Below are positions 46,959-56,280 of a stretch of DNA of 64,000 nt, piece by piece. The stretch lies in the sequence record PV292302.1. One strand, 5' to 3'. The stretch's first letter is position 1. Each line of letters starts with the position of its first letter. Made by a program: the position numbers and the translations under genes. Source of the stretch: Escherichia phage Jgk1. Under the pieces are notes generated by a model. It was not told the DNA's origin. It worked only from the letters and a program-made list of their open reading frames with translations, and made no database searches.

Positions 46959-48161
46959 TTACAGTGGAGCAACAGTCTTGATGATTGCCAGACGTTCTGG
47001 ACGCTTAACCAGGATACCGTAGTACCACTTGATTGAACTGAAGCCAGTCTCACCGTATGGGTCGTTACGGTCAGCGGTTTCTTTACCAGGCATCTTAGTC
47101 ATAACGGTAAACTTAACAGACTTACCATCGGTCTGGAAGCCGATAGAGGTAAAGGAATCGTCACCAACAACCAGCATTGGGAACACGTCGTAGTGCTCAG
47201 TACCACCAACGGAAGTAGTACGATAACCTGGGTTAGTAGTTACAGCAGCACCAGCACCTGCCCAATGCAGCATCTCAGGAACCTGGATGATACGGAACTT
47301 GTCGATGGAACCGACTTCACCGTTCATCAGAGTACCAGCATCAGCGTAGTGCTGAATCTCAATGAAAGCTTTGTTACCAAACAGGTCTTTCATTGCCTTC
47401 AGTTCTGGAACCAGTTCAGAACCTACATACATCACACGAGTACCACCGATGACTTTGGTGTCAATCAGACGGGAACCAGTGATGATAGTAGTCTGGGTTG
47501 GGGTACGGTTCTCAGTAAGAATCTGGTCAAGACGCATCAGGTTCTTATAAGAAACAACAGAAGGGGTAGAACCTTCACCAGTAATGGTAGCATCAGAAGT
47601 AGCAGCACCTGCATACAGAACAGTACCAGCAGCAGCCAGCAGGTCTTTTTGCAGAACAGCTTCGGTCAGTTGGACAGCACCGTTCATCAGTTCACGAGAC
47701 AGGTGTTCCATCAGGCCATCATCAGAATCGAAGTCCAGAGATTCCTGGGTGAATTCGTAGAAGAAGCCAAACTTGTGAATAGAACCTTCACGAGCCAGAC
47801 GAGTAAAACCAACACGGTTAACACGACCACCGTTCTCTGTCAGCAGAGGCAGCTTGGAAGTAATGTTACCAATGTCTTTACTTGAGCCATACAGGTTACC
47901 ATTAACGATGGTAGCACCGTTAGCATCAATACCCTGGTCGTTGATGTTCTTATCATCCAGCAGAGGAACATACTCGTAAACCTTAATGGTTTTACCGTAG
48001 TTCTTCGGCATGTTAGTTACAGATGCCAGAGGCATGAAATACTGGTCTTTACGAGACTGGATGATTGCTTTCTTCAACCAGAAGTAAGTATTCATCTGGT
48101 CAGAGCCAGCACCATCAATGCTGGATTTCTGGCCGTCAATCGGAGCGTTATAGTTCAACAT
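46959..48161 (-). CDS. major capsid protein (putative)
   Basis: 400-aa ORF between scaffold-like and portal genes, followed by a strong hairpin; assignment by size and synteny with N4 gp56. Confidence 0.6.
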   Translation of the reverse strand: MLNYNAPIDGQKSSIDGAGSDQMNTYFWLKKAIIQSRKDQYFMPLASVTNMPKNYGKTIKVYEYVPLLDDKNINDQGIDANGATIVNGNLYGSSKDIGNITSKLPLLTENGGRVNRVGFTRLAREGSIHKFGFFYEFTQESLDFDSDDGLMEHLSRELMNGAVQLTEAVLQKDLLAAAGTVLYAGAATSDATITGEGSTPSVVSYKNLMRLDQILTENRTPTQTTIITGSRLIDTKVIGGTRVMYVGSELVPELKAMKDLFGNKAFIEIQHYADAGTLMNGEVGSIDKFRIIQVPEMLHWAGAGAAVTTNPGYRTTSVGGTEHYDVFPMLVVGDDSFTSIGFQTDGKSVKFTVMTKMPGKETADRNDPYGETGFSSIKWYYGILVKRPERLAIIKTVAPL

Positions 48162-48176
48162 AGTAATCGTTTCCTG

Positions 48177-49394
48177 TTAAAGTCCACCGGGACTCGGTAG
48201 TTTAGCGAAATCTTCATCACTCATAGCGAGTGGATTAACAATCGTAGCGGCTTTAGCTGGTGCAGCCCGACTAGGAGAAGCAGCACTTGCTCGCTCTGAG
48301 TTCGCCAGAGTTTGCTTAGGTTGTGCAACACGAGTCACAACTGGGGCTTTAACTTCTGGCACTGGTTCCGGTTGAACTTGTTTATTCAGGTGGTTGAATG
48401 CACCTTGTCGAGCAAGTAATTCACCAACCTGATTATAAACCTGAATAAACGGCAGTCCATTTGGAACTTGACCGAGCATACGCAGACGATTCACCTCATT
48501 CGTAATAATGTCGTAAATGCCATTTTCACGTTGGGTCTGAATGGTCTGAAGTAAACCACGGTTATTAAACAGAGCATCTTTACTGGCATCATCCCATGTC
48601 TGGCTGATTACACCTAAAGTAGCTTGTCCTTCTGGGGTAGACTTTAAGTCGTCCAATTCGGTTGCAAATGCTGCTTCAGTATCAGTAACACGGTGATTGC
48701 CTGCCTGGTACTTAATTTCATCTTCTGGATTAAAGTCCAGAGGGTCTGTACCAGAGTCTTTCAGCAACTTCTTAATGGCATCTGGATTCTTCTTATCTAA
48801 GTCAATCAGATAAGAAAGTTTGTCCTCATCCATTAAACCGTTGTTTTGTAGCATCAGCATCACCTTACGGTAAGGCTGTAATTCTTGCATCTTACGAGTG
48901 TAGTTAGCACCCATCTGCATCAGGCTAATAGCCTCCTCCGGTGAACGGGGAGTAATCATTTTGCCGTTAGCTTTAAAGGGAGCCATCACCTTCTCGTAAC
49001 CAGCTTTATAGTTGAAGTCAGCAGGCAGACCTTCAGACTGTTTGCCTTCTTCATTCTGTTCCTGGCCTGGTTCAGTAGTAGAAGGTTCAGCTTTAGTAAT
49101 CGGCTTACCGTTACTATCAACTTCATTGTTGACAACTTTATCATCAACTTTATCAGAAGTTAAAGTATTTGCTGCATCTTCTTCAGTAACAACAGGCTCA
49201 GGCTCTACTGGTTCAATAGGTTCTGGTTCTTCAACAGGTGGGACAACTTCCTCAGCAGGAGTCGTTACGCCGTTGGCTTCTGGGTTGTTCTGAGTATCTA
49301 CTACAGTTTCAGCAACTGGAGCAGACATATTCAGAATCTCATCATCCGACATTGCGAAAATGTCGGAAGCTGGTTTTTCAGCTTCCGTAGTCAT
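48177..49394 (-). CDS. putative scaffolding protein
   Basis: 405-aa acidic, Pro/Glu-rich protein encoded between portal and capsid genes. Confidence 0.4.
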   Translation of the reverse strand: MTTEAEKPASDIFAMSDDEILNMSAPVAETVVDTQNNPEANGVTTPAEEVVPPVEEPEPIEPVEPEPVVTEEDAANTLTSDKVDDKVVNNEVDSNGKPITKAEPSTTEPGQEQNEEGKQSEGLPADFNYKAGYEKVMAPFKANGKMITPRSPEEAISLMQMGANYTRKMQELQPYRKVMLMLQNNGLMDEDKLSYLIDLDKKNPDAIKKLLKDSGTDPLDFNPEDEIKYQAGNHRVTDTEAAFATELDDLKSTPEGQATLGVISQTWDDASKDALFNNRGLLQTIQTQRENGIYDIITNEVNRLRMLGQVPNGLPFIQVYNQVGELLARQGAFNHLNKQVQPEPVPEVKAPVVTRVAQPKQTLANSERASAASPSRAAPAKAATIVNPLAMSDEDFAKLPSPGGL

Positions 49395-49411
49395 GGGGTA
49401 TCTCCGGTTAA

Positions 49412-49762
49412 TTAATCTTCTTCGTCTTCAGGTTCAGCACGAACTACATCGAGTTCTTCCTGAATATTAGGAAGTAAGCCAGCCTCTGCTTCGCCAATGC
49501 GAACAGAGAGGTCAAGCCAACGACGTAAGTGACCAGCAGCTTGTGCCATGTTCAATGCATCAGCACGGTTCTCAGCAGAAAGCAGTGGGTCACCAGACTC
49601 CTGCACGTAACGAGCACAATGCTCTACGCAGAATTTATTCAGGATAACCTCACGGAATAGACGGTTACCCAACAGTTTACGAACATCTTCAGCAAATGCG
49701 ATTGCACCTTTAGCTGCTTCAATACGATGTTCTAAACCAGCAATTTCTTGTTCTTTACTCAT
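49412..49762 (-). CDS. hypothetical protein
   Basis: start taken at internal ATG (MSKEQEIAG...) just downstream of the portal stop; the ORF-track version overlaps the portal gene by 119 nt. Confidence 0.35.
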   Translation of the reverse strand: MSKEQEIAGLEHRIEAAKGAIAFAEDVRKLLGNRLFREVILNKFCVEHCARYVQESGDPLLSAENRADALNMAQAAGHLRRWLDLSVRIGEAEAGLLPNIQEELDVVRAEPEDEED

Positions 49763-49775
49763 GTGAAGGTCTGCC

Positions 49776-52046
49776 TTACAGGTTTGAACCAGGACGCAAA
49801 GATGGGTCCAGGTCTGGGTTAAAATAAGAGGAACCAAGTGACTGAGCAGGATTGGTTTGTGCTGCAATATCCCGTTCTTGTGGAGAGGTTCCATTAGTCA
49901 AAGCATTATATCCAACAGCAGCAGATATGTTGGGGGTAGTTTCGCCTTCTTTAGTAGGAGTTGTCAACGCCTTAGTAACTTGAAGGTTCTGATTACCCTG
50001 AGATTGTGCTTTTTGTTTTTCCATATCACGGGCATGTTTAGTACCTGATTCTGTTTCCAGATAATCCAGGTCTTTAAGGTCACCCTCAGAACTAGCTTTC
50101 TTAGCCTGTGCACGGTTAAGTTCAATCTTAGACAGAATCTCTTCATTCTCAAGCTGGGCTTTCTGTACAGCAAGTTGCTTAAGCTGTTCTTCAACAGGGT
50201 CTGGTTGTGGTTTAAAGTTACGTAGTTCATGAGCCAGTTCAGGCATACGCTTAAGCTCTGCAATGCTTGCCATTAACTTAAGGGTAATTTGTGGGTCAGC
50301 ATTTGGACCTACTGTTTGAACCATGAAAGCAAGGTCTTGTCCTTTCTGGTTATCAATCTCAGCAGTATTAATATCAACCTCAATGTCAAAGTTACCTTTT
50401 AAATCTTCTCGGTTAACTTCTACATATTCTTCGTTAGTAATGCGGATAACTTCTTTCTCAGAAAGAAACTCAGCATTCATTGCACAAATTTTTGCACCAA
50501 TGTCTGCCATGCCTTTAGCCATACGACGAAGAATAGCCATCTCACGTTTGGAAGCTGCATCCAATGCACCACGAATACCAGCAGCTACATCACCGTAAGC
50601 ATTACCACTTACGCCGCCAGCGAAAGCTTTTACCCCAGTAAGTGATTCTGCTTCCTGGTTTTGAAGCTGAGCCATAGTAAGAGCAGACTGTGGTAGCTCA
50701 GGGAACTTGTGTTCAATGATTGCCTGAGAAGGGTTGCCCTGCTGAGGGTTATAATCATAATCCTGACCATCTTCATACTTACGACGGTTATAGGTATCCA
50801 GCATACCTTTAGGCATACCACGCTGACCATTAGCACTACGACCTAACAGGTCAATCATCCCACGCATTACAGCACCAAGTACTGCTTGGTTATCGCCAAG
50901 CAACTCAGCATCTGCTTCACCATATAGTTCACGTTTACGAGGCATATATGGAACCACGACAAGGGGGAGCTTACCATCAGGGTATGGATTAAGCTCCATA
51001 CGAATAAGGGTAGTTCCAATCCAGGTAGCAACAATTGGTTGCAGGTCGCCATTACCTTCGGTATCCCAGAATCCCCAATATTCGTAAGCTACAACACGTT
51101 TACGCATTGCATCTTTAAACTGAAAATCACTAGGTGTTTTAGAAGCATGGTCTGGGTCAGTAATTGGGGAAGAACTCTCCCAATCAATCTTATCCAGATT
51201 ATGATAACGGTCAGGTGTCTTCAGTAAGTCTGCTTTGCAGGTTTCAAAAGAGATGACTGCATATAGTGCTTTGTCGAGGTCACCGTTACAGCTTGGGTCG
51301 ATAACCACGTTATTGGGGTTAAGCATTTCGACCGTTGGTCTGTTACAGATAGCCTTTTCAACCTCAACCATTGTAGTGCCCGTTTGGACTGCATATGTAG
51401 CTTCCTCGGTTTCATTGAAGTAATTCACTGCTTCTTTAACATCATCAGCTACTGTCTCTTCATATCCACGAGGGTTTTCTACTTGCAACTGCAAAGCTTG
51501 CTGAAGTATCTGTGCCTGTTCTTCAGTCTCAATAGGGTACAACTGGAACACTGGGGTTTCCGTTTTAACCTTAACAGTCTTACGTTCCCAGCCAATACGA
51601 GCAATACCAGTACCGTCATCACAAATAGAATGGACGTAATCATCTACCAGCTTCACTCGATTAAGTTGAGTACGGAATTGGTAGTTAAGTACTAATTCAT
51701 TTTGACGAGCACACTGTTCATCTTCCCAGGTAGCAGGAGTAATTTTAAATAACTTACTGGATGACAGGAATGGTTCAGATAGTGGAGCGTAACGCCACTC
51801 TGCCTGACGGCGAACCAGTTTAGGTTGGACTTGGGAACGTCCTTTAACCTTGGGTGCTTTATGTTTACCAGATGCTTTCATCAGGTCATTCCAGTCACGA
51901 ATCTCATTCATCAAAGCATCGTGAGCAGGCTTACCAGCTTCCAGGTCACCCTTAAGTGTTTGCAAACTCGGTTCCTTTTTCCAGTTAGTCAGCTTCTCAC
52001 TCTGAGCTGGGTCTGGTAAAGGCTTCATCGTATCTTGATGTTCCAT
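49776..52046 (-). CDS. portal protein (putative)
   Basis: 756-aa ORF upstream of scaffold and capsid genes; AGGAATAA RBS. Confidence 0.6.
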   Translation of the reverse strand: MEHQDTMKPLPDPAQSEKLTNWKKEPSLQTLKGDLEAGKPAHDALMNEIRDWNDLMKASGKHKAPKVKGRSQVQPKLVRRQAEWRYAPLSEPFLSSSKLFKITPATWEDEQCARQNELVLNYQFRTQLNRVKLVDDYVHSICDDGTGIARIGWERKTVKVKTETPVFQLYPIETEEQAQILQQALQLQVENPRGYEETVADDVKEAVNYFNETEEATYAVQTGTTMVEVEKAICNRPTVEMLNPNNVVIDPSCNGDLDKALYAVISFETCKADLLKTPDRYHNLDKIDWESSSPITDPDHASKTPSDFQFKDAMRKRVVAYEYWGFWDTEGNGDLQPIVATWIGTTLIRMELNPYPDGKLPLVVVPYMPRKRELYGEADAELLGDNQAVLGAVMRGMIDLLGRSANGQRGMPKGMLDTYNRRKYEDGQDYDYNPQQGNPSQAIIEHKFPELPQSALTMAQLQNQEAESLTGVKAFAGGVSGNAYGDVAAGIRGALDAASKREMAILRRMAKGMADIGAKICAMNAEFLSEKEVIRITNEEYVEVNREDLKGNFDIEVDINTAEIDNQKGQDLAFMVQTVGPNADPQITLKLMASIAELKRMPELAHELRNFKPQPDPVEEQLKQLAVQKAQLENEEILSKIELNRAQAKKASSEGDLKDLDYLETESGTKHARDMEKQKAQSQGNQNLQVTKALTTPTKEGETTPNISAAVGYNALTNGTSPQERDIAAQTNPAQSLGSSYFNPDLDPSLRPGSNL

Positions 52047-52054
52047 GATTATTC

Positions 52055-52576
52055 CTATTCTAATAATTTACGGTCGGCTCGAATTTGGTTACCCAATTCA
52101 ATCAGTTGACTGTCACGGAGTCTAACAGTTGCCCGGAGTTCTTCAACCAATTGTCTGCCTTGTTCAAGACTTGAGTCGAGTCTGGCTGCATGGCTTGCAA
52201 GGTTTCTGCACTCAAGGGTGCTGCCTGAGGCTTGACGTTTATATACTTCGGCTCTCCTTTCAGACTGTTGCATCCGGCTGTCGTAATTACTGCTAATGCG
52301 AGCAAGCTCGCTAGCGTAATTACTTTGAGCCGTCTGCAACCTAGCAGTGAGCATTCCGACTTCATAACTGTGTTGTATACTGAGAACATCATATTCACCC
52401 TTAAGTTTATCGTAAGCTTTCTTATCTTGTAGCTTTTGGGAATCCCACTTTGTCTGGACTTTATGTTGTCCATTGCTGGAACCCCAAAAGTAAACGGTGG
52501 CTACTAGAGCCACCATCAGAAGATAAGGCCAACCCTTAGAGATTAGCGTCTTCATTACATGCCTCCAGTGGCACAT
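52055..52576 (-). CDS. i-spanin (Rz-like)
   Basis: N-terminal transmembrane segment then Gln/Arg-rich coiled-coil-like region; downstream of the endolysin gene. Confidence 0.5.
   Translation of the reverse strand: MCHWRHVMKTLISKGWPYLLMVALVATVYFWGSSNGQHKVQTKWDSQKLQDKKAYDKLKGEYDVLSIQHSYEVGMLTARLQTAQSNYASELARISSNYDSRMQQSERRAEVYKRQASGSTLECRNLASHAARLDSSLEQGRQLVEELRATVRLRDSQLIELGNQIRADRKLLE
52102..52365 (-). CDS. o-spanin (Rz1-like lipoprotein) embedded in the i-spanin gene
   Basis: alternate frame wholly inside the Rz-like ORF; signal peptide [31 protein letters not shown] followed by lipobox Cys. Confidence 0.4.
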   Translation of the reverse strand: MKSECSLLGCRRLKVITLASLLALAVITTAGCNSLKGEPKYINVKPQAAPLSAETLQAMQPDSTQVLNKADNWLKNSGQLLDSVTVN

Positions 52577-53174
52577 TACCTATACGATTGGCTACCCATC
52601 CGTAGGTAAAGTCTGGCATATTCAGAGAGGTATAATGGGTAAGCTGTTTACCGTCTAACAGTTTAATCATTACCTGACATGCTGCCACTTTGCCTCGTTT
52701 TTTCTGAAGTGCTTTGTATGCACTAACAGTACCTGCACCGACTTTACCATCAACTTGGATTTTAGGGTAGTCTTTGCCGTCACGGGACATTTCATTTAGT
52801 GACTGCTGGAGCCAACGGGAAGGGCGAGAAACCCCAGTGTTAACACCTGCATCCACTAATTTGTGGGTAATAGCTGGGGAGATATCAGCAAAGGCAACGA
52901 AGTTAGGTTTGAGAACATAGTCATCAATATAAACTTCAGCAGCCATTTCTTTAGTTAAACTACCCATCTTCCCATCCCAACCATATTCCTTAGCAAGGAT
53001 TTCTTTATGGGATTCAGCCACTTTCTGAGTAAGTCCCAGGTTAGTGTGACGTCCTGGGTCTTTCGGGTTATTTACTTCTCCACCCTCCATCATGAACACA
53101 GCCCCCAGGATAGCTGCGACTACTGCACTCACTACACCACCTTTGGTAGCGAGTTTTTGTTTAGCTGTTGCCAT
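52536..53174 (-). CDS. endolysin, GH108-type N-acetylmuramidase with N-terminal signal-anchor (SAR)
   Basis: weakly hydrophobic Gly/Ala-rich N-terminus then EGGEVNNPKDPGRHTNLGLT, matching the GH108 EGG...DPGG.T.fGit motif. Confidence 0.6.
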   Translation of the reverse strand: MATAKQKLATKGGVVSAVVAAILGAVFMMEGGEVNNPKDPGRHTNLGLTQKVAESHKEILAKEYGWDGKMGSLTKEMAAEVYIDDYVLKPNFVAFADISPAITHKLVDAGVNTGVSRPSRWLQQSLNEMSRDGKDYPKIQVDGKVGAGTVSAYKALQKKRGKVAACQVMIKLLDGKQLTHYTSLNMPDFTYGWVANRIGNVPLEACNEDANL

Positions 53175-53424
53175 CTGGTTTCTCCTTAGGCTTCAGTCGA
53201 ATCAGTCTGCCAATAATGTTCAAGGCAAACAGAGAAATAGTAATACCGGAACCATGAGGAATCTGGTCAAGGATGTGCTTAGGTAGACCAGAGAACAAAG
53301 GCTGTATTACATCTATTGCTGAGAAGAGAATTAAACCTACTGCACTAATCTGGATAGAAGCCCATTTCCAGGACTTCTTCCAGTTAGGTACAAGTTCAAC
53401 TCTTTTGGTTAACCTGCGAACCAT
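53161..53424 (-). CDS. putative holin (two transmembrane segments)
   Basis: 88-aa product from internal ATG with two hydrophobic helices; immediately upstream of the endolysin. Confidence 0.4.
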   Translation of the reverse strand: MVRRLTKRVELVPNWKKSWKWASIQISAVGLILFSAIDVIQPLFSGLPKHILDQIPHGSGITISLFALNIIGRLIRLKPKEKPDGNS

Positions 53425-53738
53425 GCAAAAATCTCCCGACGTGTTGCAGCTAAGATACCAATGATTGCACCTGCTGCTGCCCATACCCATTTACCGAAGA
53501 TTCCAGCACCAACCACTTTATGCTTAATGGTAATGAACTCTTCAATAGTAGGTTCGTTTTTAGCCAGACTGTCCTCGACATTTTTAAGACGATTGCCCAT
53601 GTCAGCAACTGACTTACTAAGTTCAACGAGGGATTTTTCTAGCTTTGCCCGGTCTTCCCTCTCTGATTTCTGGTTTTCGAACAAAGTACGAAACCTCTCA
53701 TCCAGTCTGGCAAGCATTACCTCAATAGGGTCAGACAT
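53409..53738 (-). CDS. membrane protein of the lysis cassette (holin/antiholin candidate)
   Basis: 109 aa with charged N-terminal half and C-terminal transmembrane segment. Confidence 0.35.
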   Translation of the reverse strand: MSDPIEVMLARLDERFRTLFENQKSEREDRAKLEKSLVELSKSVADMGNRLKNVEDSLAKNEPTIEEFITIKHKVVGAGIFGKWVWAAAGAIIGILAATRREIFAWFAG

Positions 53739-53823
53739 AATAGTATTCCAATATGTTAATGTGTGTATGTAGAAAGCCCTATATATACTACTACAGATGC
53801 TAGCTCATACACGAGGAAGGGTC

Positions 53824-54438
53824 ATGACTATTAAAGATAAACTTACAGATGGGTATGATGCAATCCCATTAATGAAAGATGGTATAGCTTTGGTTGGGGA
53901 ATTCGGAAAGAAAATCCTAGAAGCTAGGACAGTAGGGGAACTACCATTCTCACCTGCTGAAGAACAACAAGATGCATTCTTGTTAGACCTGTTTACATGG
54001 TCAGGCTCGCAATCTGTGCCAGACGGAACCTGGTTAAACTACTTTGCCTTACCGGGAATGGTTAAAGCACTCAATGGTACGGCAGGACTTACCATCGTAA
54101 ACAACAACCTATTATTTCCAGTACGACAAAAGAATACACAGGTAATGTTCAGTGTACGTATATCAGGAACAGTATCAGGTGGGGCAGGTACTGCTAGGGA
54201 ATGGAGAACACAAACTAGACGTACAGATGGGGTTACCATAGTAGGGTCAGACCCTAGTACAAAAGTACAAGGATTAGATATTACAAACAGAGATGCAGTG
54301 TTAGCCAGTTATACACTTGGACCAAGTGACCCATTTATGGTTACTGGTATTCAACTAGGACTAAATAACATTTCTGGGCAAACTATTACACTTACGAGTG
54401 TATCCGTTCGTATGATGCAGACAGTTAACCCAGAATAG
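53824..54438 (+). CDS. hypothetical protein encoded opposite to the late operon
   Basis: ATG at 53824 with GAGGAAGG RBS; 204 aa, Gly/Thr/Ser-rich; ends at a bidirectional terminator. Confidence 0.45.
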   Translation: MTIKDKLTDGYDAIPLMKDGIALVGEFGKKILEARTVGELPFSPAEEQQDAFLLDLFTWSGSQSVPDGTWLNYFALPGMVKALNGTAGLTIVNNNLLFPVRQKNTQVMFSVRISGTVSGGAGTAREWRTQTRRTDGVTIVGSDPSTKVQGLDITNRDAVLASYTLGPSDPFMVTGIQLGLNNISGQTITLTSVSVRMMQTVNPE

Positions 54439-54444
54439 TATAAA

Positions 54445-54468
54445 GCCCCTCCTAAGAGGGGCATAAAT
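54445..54468. terminator. bidirectional terminator hairpin between convergent genes
   Basis: stem GCCCCTC/GAGGGGC with 4-nt loop; moderate T-runs on both strands. Confidence 0.4.
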
Positions 54469-56268
54469 TTAGCTAATCTGGTACAAGGTTGCTGAACCGT
54501 CATAGATGCACTTCCACAGCGTATGGTGATACTGTGGTATAGGATAATCTACGGAACCTTTAGGGATTAGGTTATTAGAAGCAAACTTAACAACCCCATC
54601 GGCTGTATTAGACGCTATCATTAAATCCCTACCATACGGGGAACCATACACATGAAAAATGCTGACAGCAGCTCCGGTAATTCGGAGATTTGCAGCAGGG
54701 TGCAACTTAGTGAGGTCAATATCTCCAGCAGCAGTAACATCAACAAAGAATGGCTTACCACCGTCAAAACCATTAACTGTAGCACCAGAATCCAGATAGA
54801 TGTTAACACGGGAATCAATAGGTATCTCATTACCTGAACAATGTGCACCACCTACAATCAGACCACCAGCGGTACGTCTTCCATTGGAATCGTTCTCATA
54901 GAACCCAAACTTATTATCTGTTACCGAACCATTAATCACTTGGATACCCCAGAGATTAGTGGAATCTACTGTAGCATCAATACCATAGGTGCAGTTAGTA
55001 ACCTTACCACCTTGAACAACCAACCCATAATTAGATGGGTCACAACGAATGAACTTAACCCCGTTAAAGTCAATGTCTGAACCAGATAGGTATGCAGGTT
55101 TGATAGTGCCTTCTGGAGCTAGGAATACATCCCCGGTAAAACTCATAACACTACCAGTACCAGTAATGAAATACGGTACATCCTTACGAGGAATCCCCAA
55201 CTTACTAGCCAGGTAAGCAACATCCGTAGGAATGAATACGTTGTTACTAAAGAACACCTCATGACTTGCGCCCAAATCAATAGGAGCCTTGGTATAGTAA
55301 AAACGGTCAGCTAGGGTGTTATCACCAACAGGTCTAGCAACCTCAAAGTGACAGTGATTAAAGAACACGAACCATGGGTTACCAAATTTAAGCATGTAGG
55401 GATTAAACTCAAAATGACAACCAGTGAAGTATACGTAGTTACTATCCTGAATCATGGTCACAGCAGGGTTAGTAACATTACCGCTTTGTAGGAAAGAACA
55501 GTTAGTAAAATAGGTATCCTGAATGTACCCAATTTCTAGTGCCTGGTTCGGGAAGAATTGTATGTTAACTCCCTCAACAATACCCATCCAACCAATACCA
55601 TTAAGATACAAACCCACATCACACTGACCATCAACCCCCCAAATAGCAAAATCACGTAAGGTAAGTCCAAAGCAGTAAGCCGAACCAGAATCAATAGATA
55701 ACATTCGACCAGTTGCTACATGGGAGTTAAATACTGTACCTCGTACAGGGGAAGGGGAATGTACAGAAGCTACAGTCCTCAAACCTTGAGCACCCTCACC
55801 ATACATGCACAGAGCGTAATCCACCTGAATAGATTTATTAATTTCATACTTACCAGATGGAGAAAATACAGCATAACCCACCTTAGCAGCATTGATTGCT
55901 GCCTGCGTACCTGCATAATCTTGGCTCTGAGTTAAGCTAGTTACAAATGGATATACCATTTGTGCAGCAGATAGGGTGCTAAACTTTTCACTTAATGGGT
56001 GTAGTTCACCATCCCCTACAGCACCGAAGTCCTTGATATTAATTACATCCGCCAGTTTAAGCTGGAGACTACGTTCAATTGATGCAGCCAATGGGGACAT
56101 ATGCCCAATGTTGGAAGTACCATACTTAGATGCCAGCGTTGCTTTATACTCAGCAAGTGAAGTTAGTGGTGGATACGGTGCAGGCAACAAATCAACAGTA
56201 ATGTTACCTGGTGAATAGGTTAACTTACCGTCACCGACTGTATTGATGTAAACGTTGGCCGGTAACAC
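54469..56268 (-). CDS. tailspike protein, C-terminal segment (pectate-lyase-like beta-helix), split off by a tandem duplication
   Basis: 599-aa ORF with GAVGDGELHPL...AINAAKVGYAVFSPSGKYEINKSIQV; its first about 330 aa are encoded by repeat copy 1. Confidence 0.5.
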   Translation of the reverse strand: MLPANVYINTVGDGKLTYSPGNITVDLLPAPYPPLTSLAEYKATLASKYGTSNIGHMSPLAASIERSLQLKLADVINIKDFGAVGDGELHPLSEKFSTLSAAQMVYPFVTSLTQSQDYAGTQAAINAAKVGYAVFSPSGKYEINKSIQVDYALCMYGEGAQGLRTVASVHSPSPVRGTVFNSHVATGRMLSIDSGSAYCFGLTLRDFAIWGVDGQCDVGLYLNGIGWMGIVEGVNIQFFPNQALEIGYIQDTYFTNCSFLQSGNVTNPAVTMIQDSNYVYFTGCHFEFNPYMLKFGNPWFVFFNHCHFEVARPVGDNTLADRFYYTKAPIDLGASHEVFFSNNVFIPTDVAYLASKLGIPRKDVPYFITGTGSVMSFTGDVFLAPEGTIKPAYLSGSDIDFNGVKFIRCDPSNYGLVVQGGKVTNCTYGIDATVDSTNLWGIQVINGSVTDNKFGFYENDSNGRRTAGGLIVGGAHCSGNEIPIDSRVNIYLDSGATVNGFDGGKPFFVDVTAAGDIDLTKLHPAANLRITGAAVSIFHVYGSPYGRDLMIASNTADGVVKFASNNLIPKGSVDYPIPQYHHTLWKCIYDGSATLYQIS

Positions 56269-56280
56269 AGGTAATCCATA
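55281..56280. repeat. tandem direct repeat, copy 1 (1000 bp)
   Basis: identical to 56281-57280; ORF-track ORFs 55720-55935 and 55976-56218 recur exactly at +1000. Confidence 0.9.

Noticed and set aside
49412-49894. 160-aa version of the ORF downstream of the portal gene
   Set aside because: Its first 44 codons overlap the portal gene 3-prime end by 119 nt; an internal ATG (49762) just after the portal stop gives a non-overlapping 117-aa product.
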